In this document: one piece after another, positions 63,815 to 64,000 of the stretch
Numbering within the stretch: the first letter of the stretch is position 1
Layout of the letters: every line of letters starts with the position of its first letter
From: Heptranchias perlo
Taxonomy: Eukaryota
Direction of reading: 5' to 3'
Assembly (NCBI RefSeq): GCF_035084215.1
Contig: NC_090330.1
Coordinates: 42,904,001-42,968,000 of the forward strand
Length of the DNA stretch: 64,000 nt
Notes under the pieces: generated by a model
Told to the model about the DNA's origin: nothing
The model's input: the letters and a program-made list of their open reading frames with translations, nothing else
Databases searched by the model: none
Program-made: the position numbers and the translations under genes

Positions 63815-64000
63815 TAAGGAATCTACAACACCAGGTTATAGTCCAACAGTTTTATTTGAAAATCACAAGCTTTCGGAGATTATCTCCTTCATCAGGTGAG
63901 TGACTGAAAGTTTCTCAAATCGCATATCTTATATTAGGCTGGGACACGATCACACCAATCAAAGGTGTCGTTGGTGTTCAGACATGTTAGCCACGGAAAA
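63815..64000 (-). mobile_element. Third Penelope pLTR (different subfamily), running off the window
   Basis: TACAACACCAGGTTATAGTCCAACAGTTTTATT matches the pLTR ends at 28094 and 46973. Confidence 0.8.
63863..63899 (-). ncRNA. Minimal hammerhead ribozyme in pLTR
   Basis: Minus strand: TCAC-CTGATGA-A-GGAGA(taa)TCTCC-GAAA-GC-TT-GTGA. Confidence 0.8.

Noticed and set aside
1-64000. CRISPR arrays, rRNA or prokaryotic operons
   Set aside because: No repeat-spacer arrays, rRNA-like sequence or dense gene packing; the content is vertebrate repeat-rich DNA.

Overview
Eukaryotic, vertebrate-type DNA dominated by transposons. The repeat inventory suggests a cartilaginous fish (inference only). It contains: many CR1 and L2 LINE fragments, often nested; three copies plus fragments of a second APE-RT LINE family; three Penelope-like elements (PLEs), two complete as hairpin insertions with 13-bp TSDs and all carrying minimal hammerhead ribozymes; several decayed PIF/Harbinger transposons (Harbi1-like nuclease plus Myb/SANT gene) and their MITEs; a possible solo LTR; a candidate CTCF site; and one candidate terminal coding exon of an unidentified minus-strand host gene (17880-17968). 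No intact host gene or intact autonomous element is visible. The most striking observation is the near full-length LINE at 49112-52373 (minus strand). It has no ORF1, begins with a tRNA-derived A-box/B-box head, opens a single APE-RT reading frame without an AUG, and has no run of four or more T on its ~3.2-kb sense strand. This points to a candidate RNA polymerase III-transcribed, protein-coding LINE. Boundaries were read by eye and are approximate unless a TSD or TIR is quoted.
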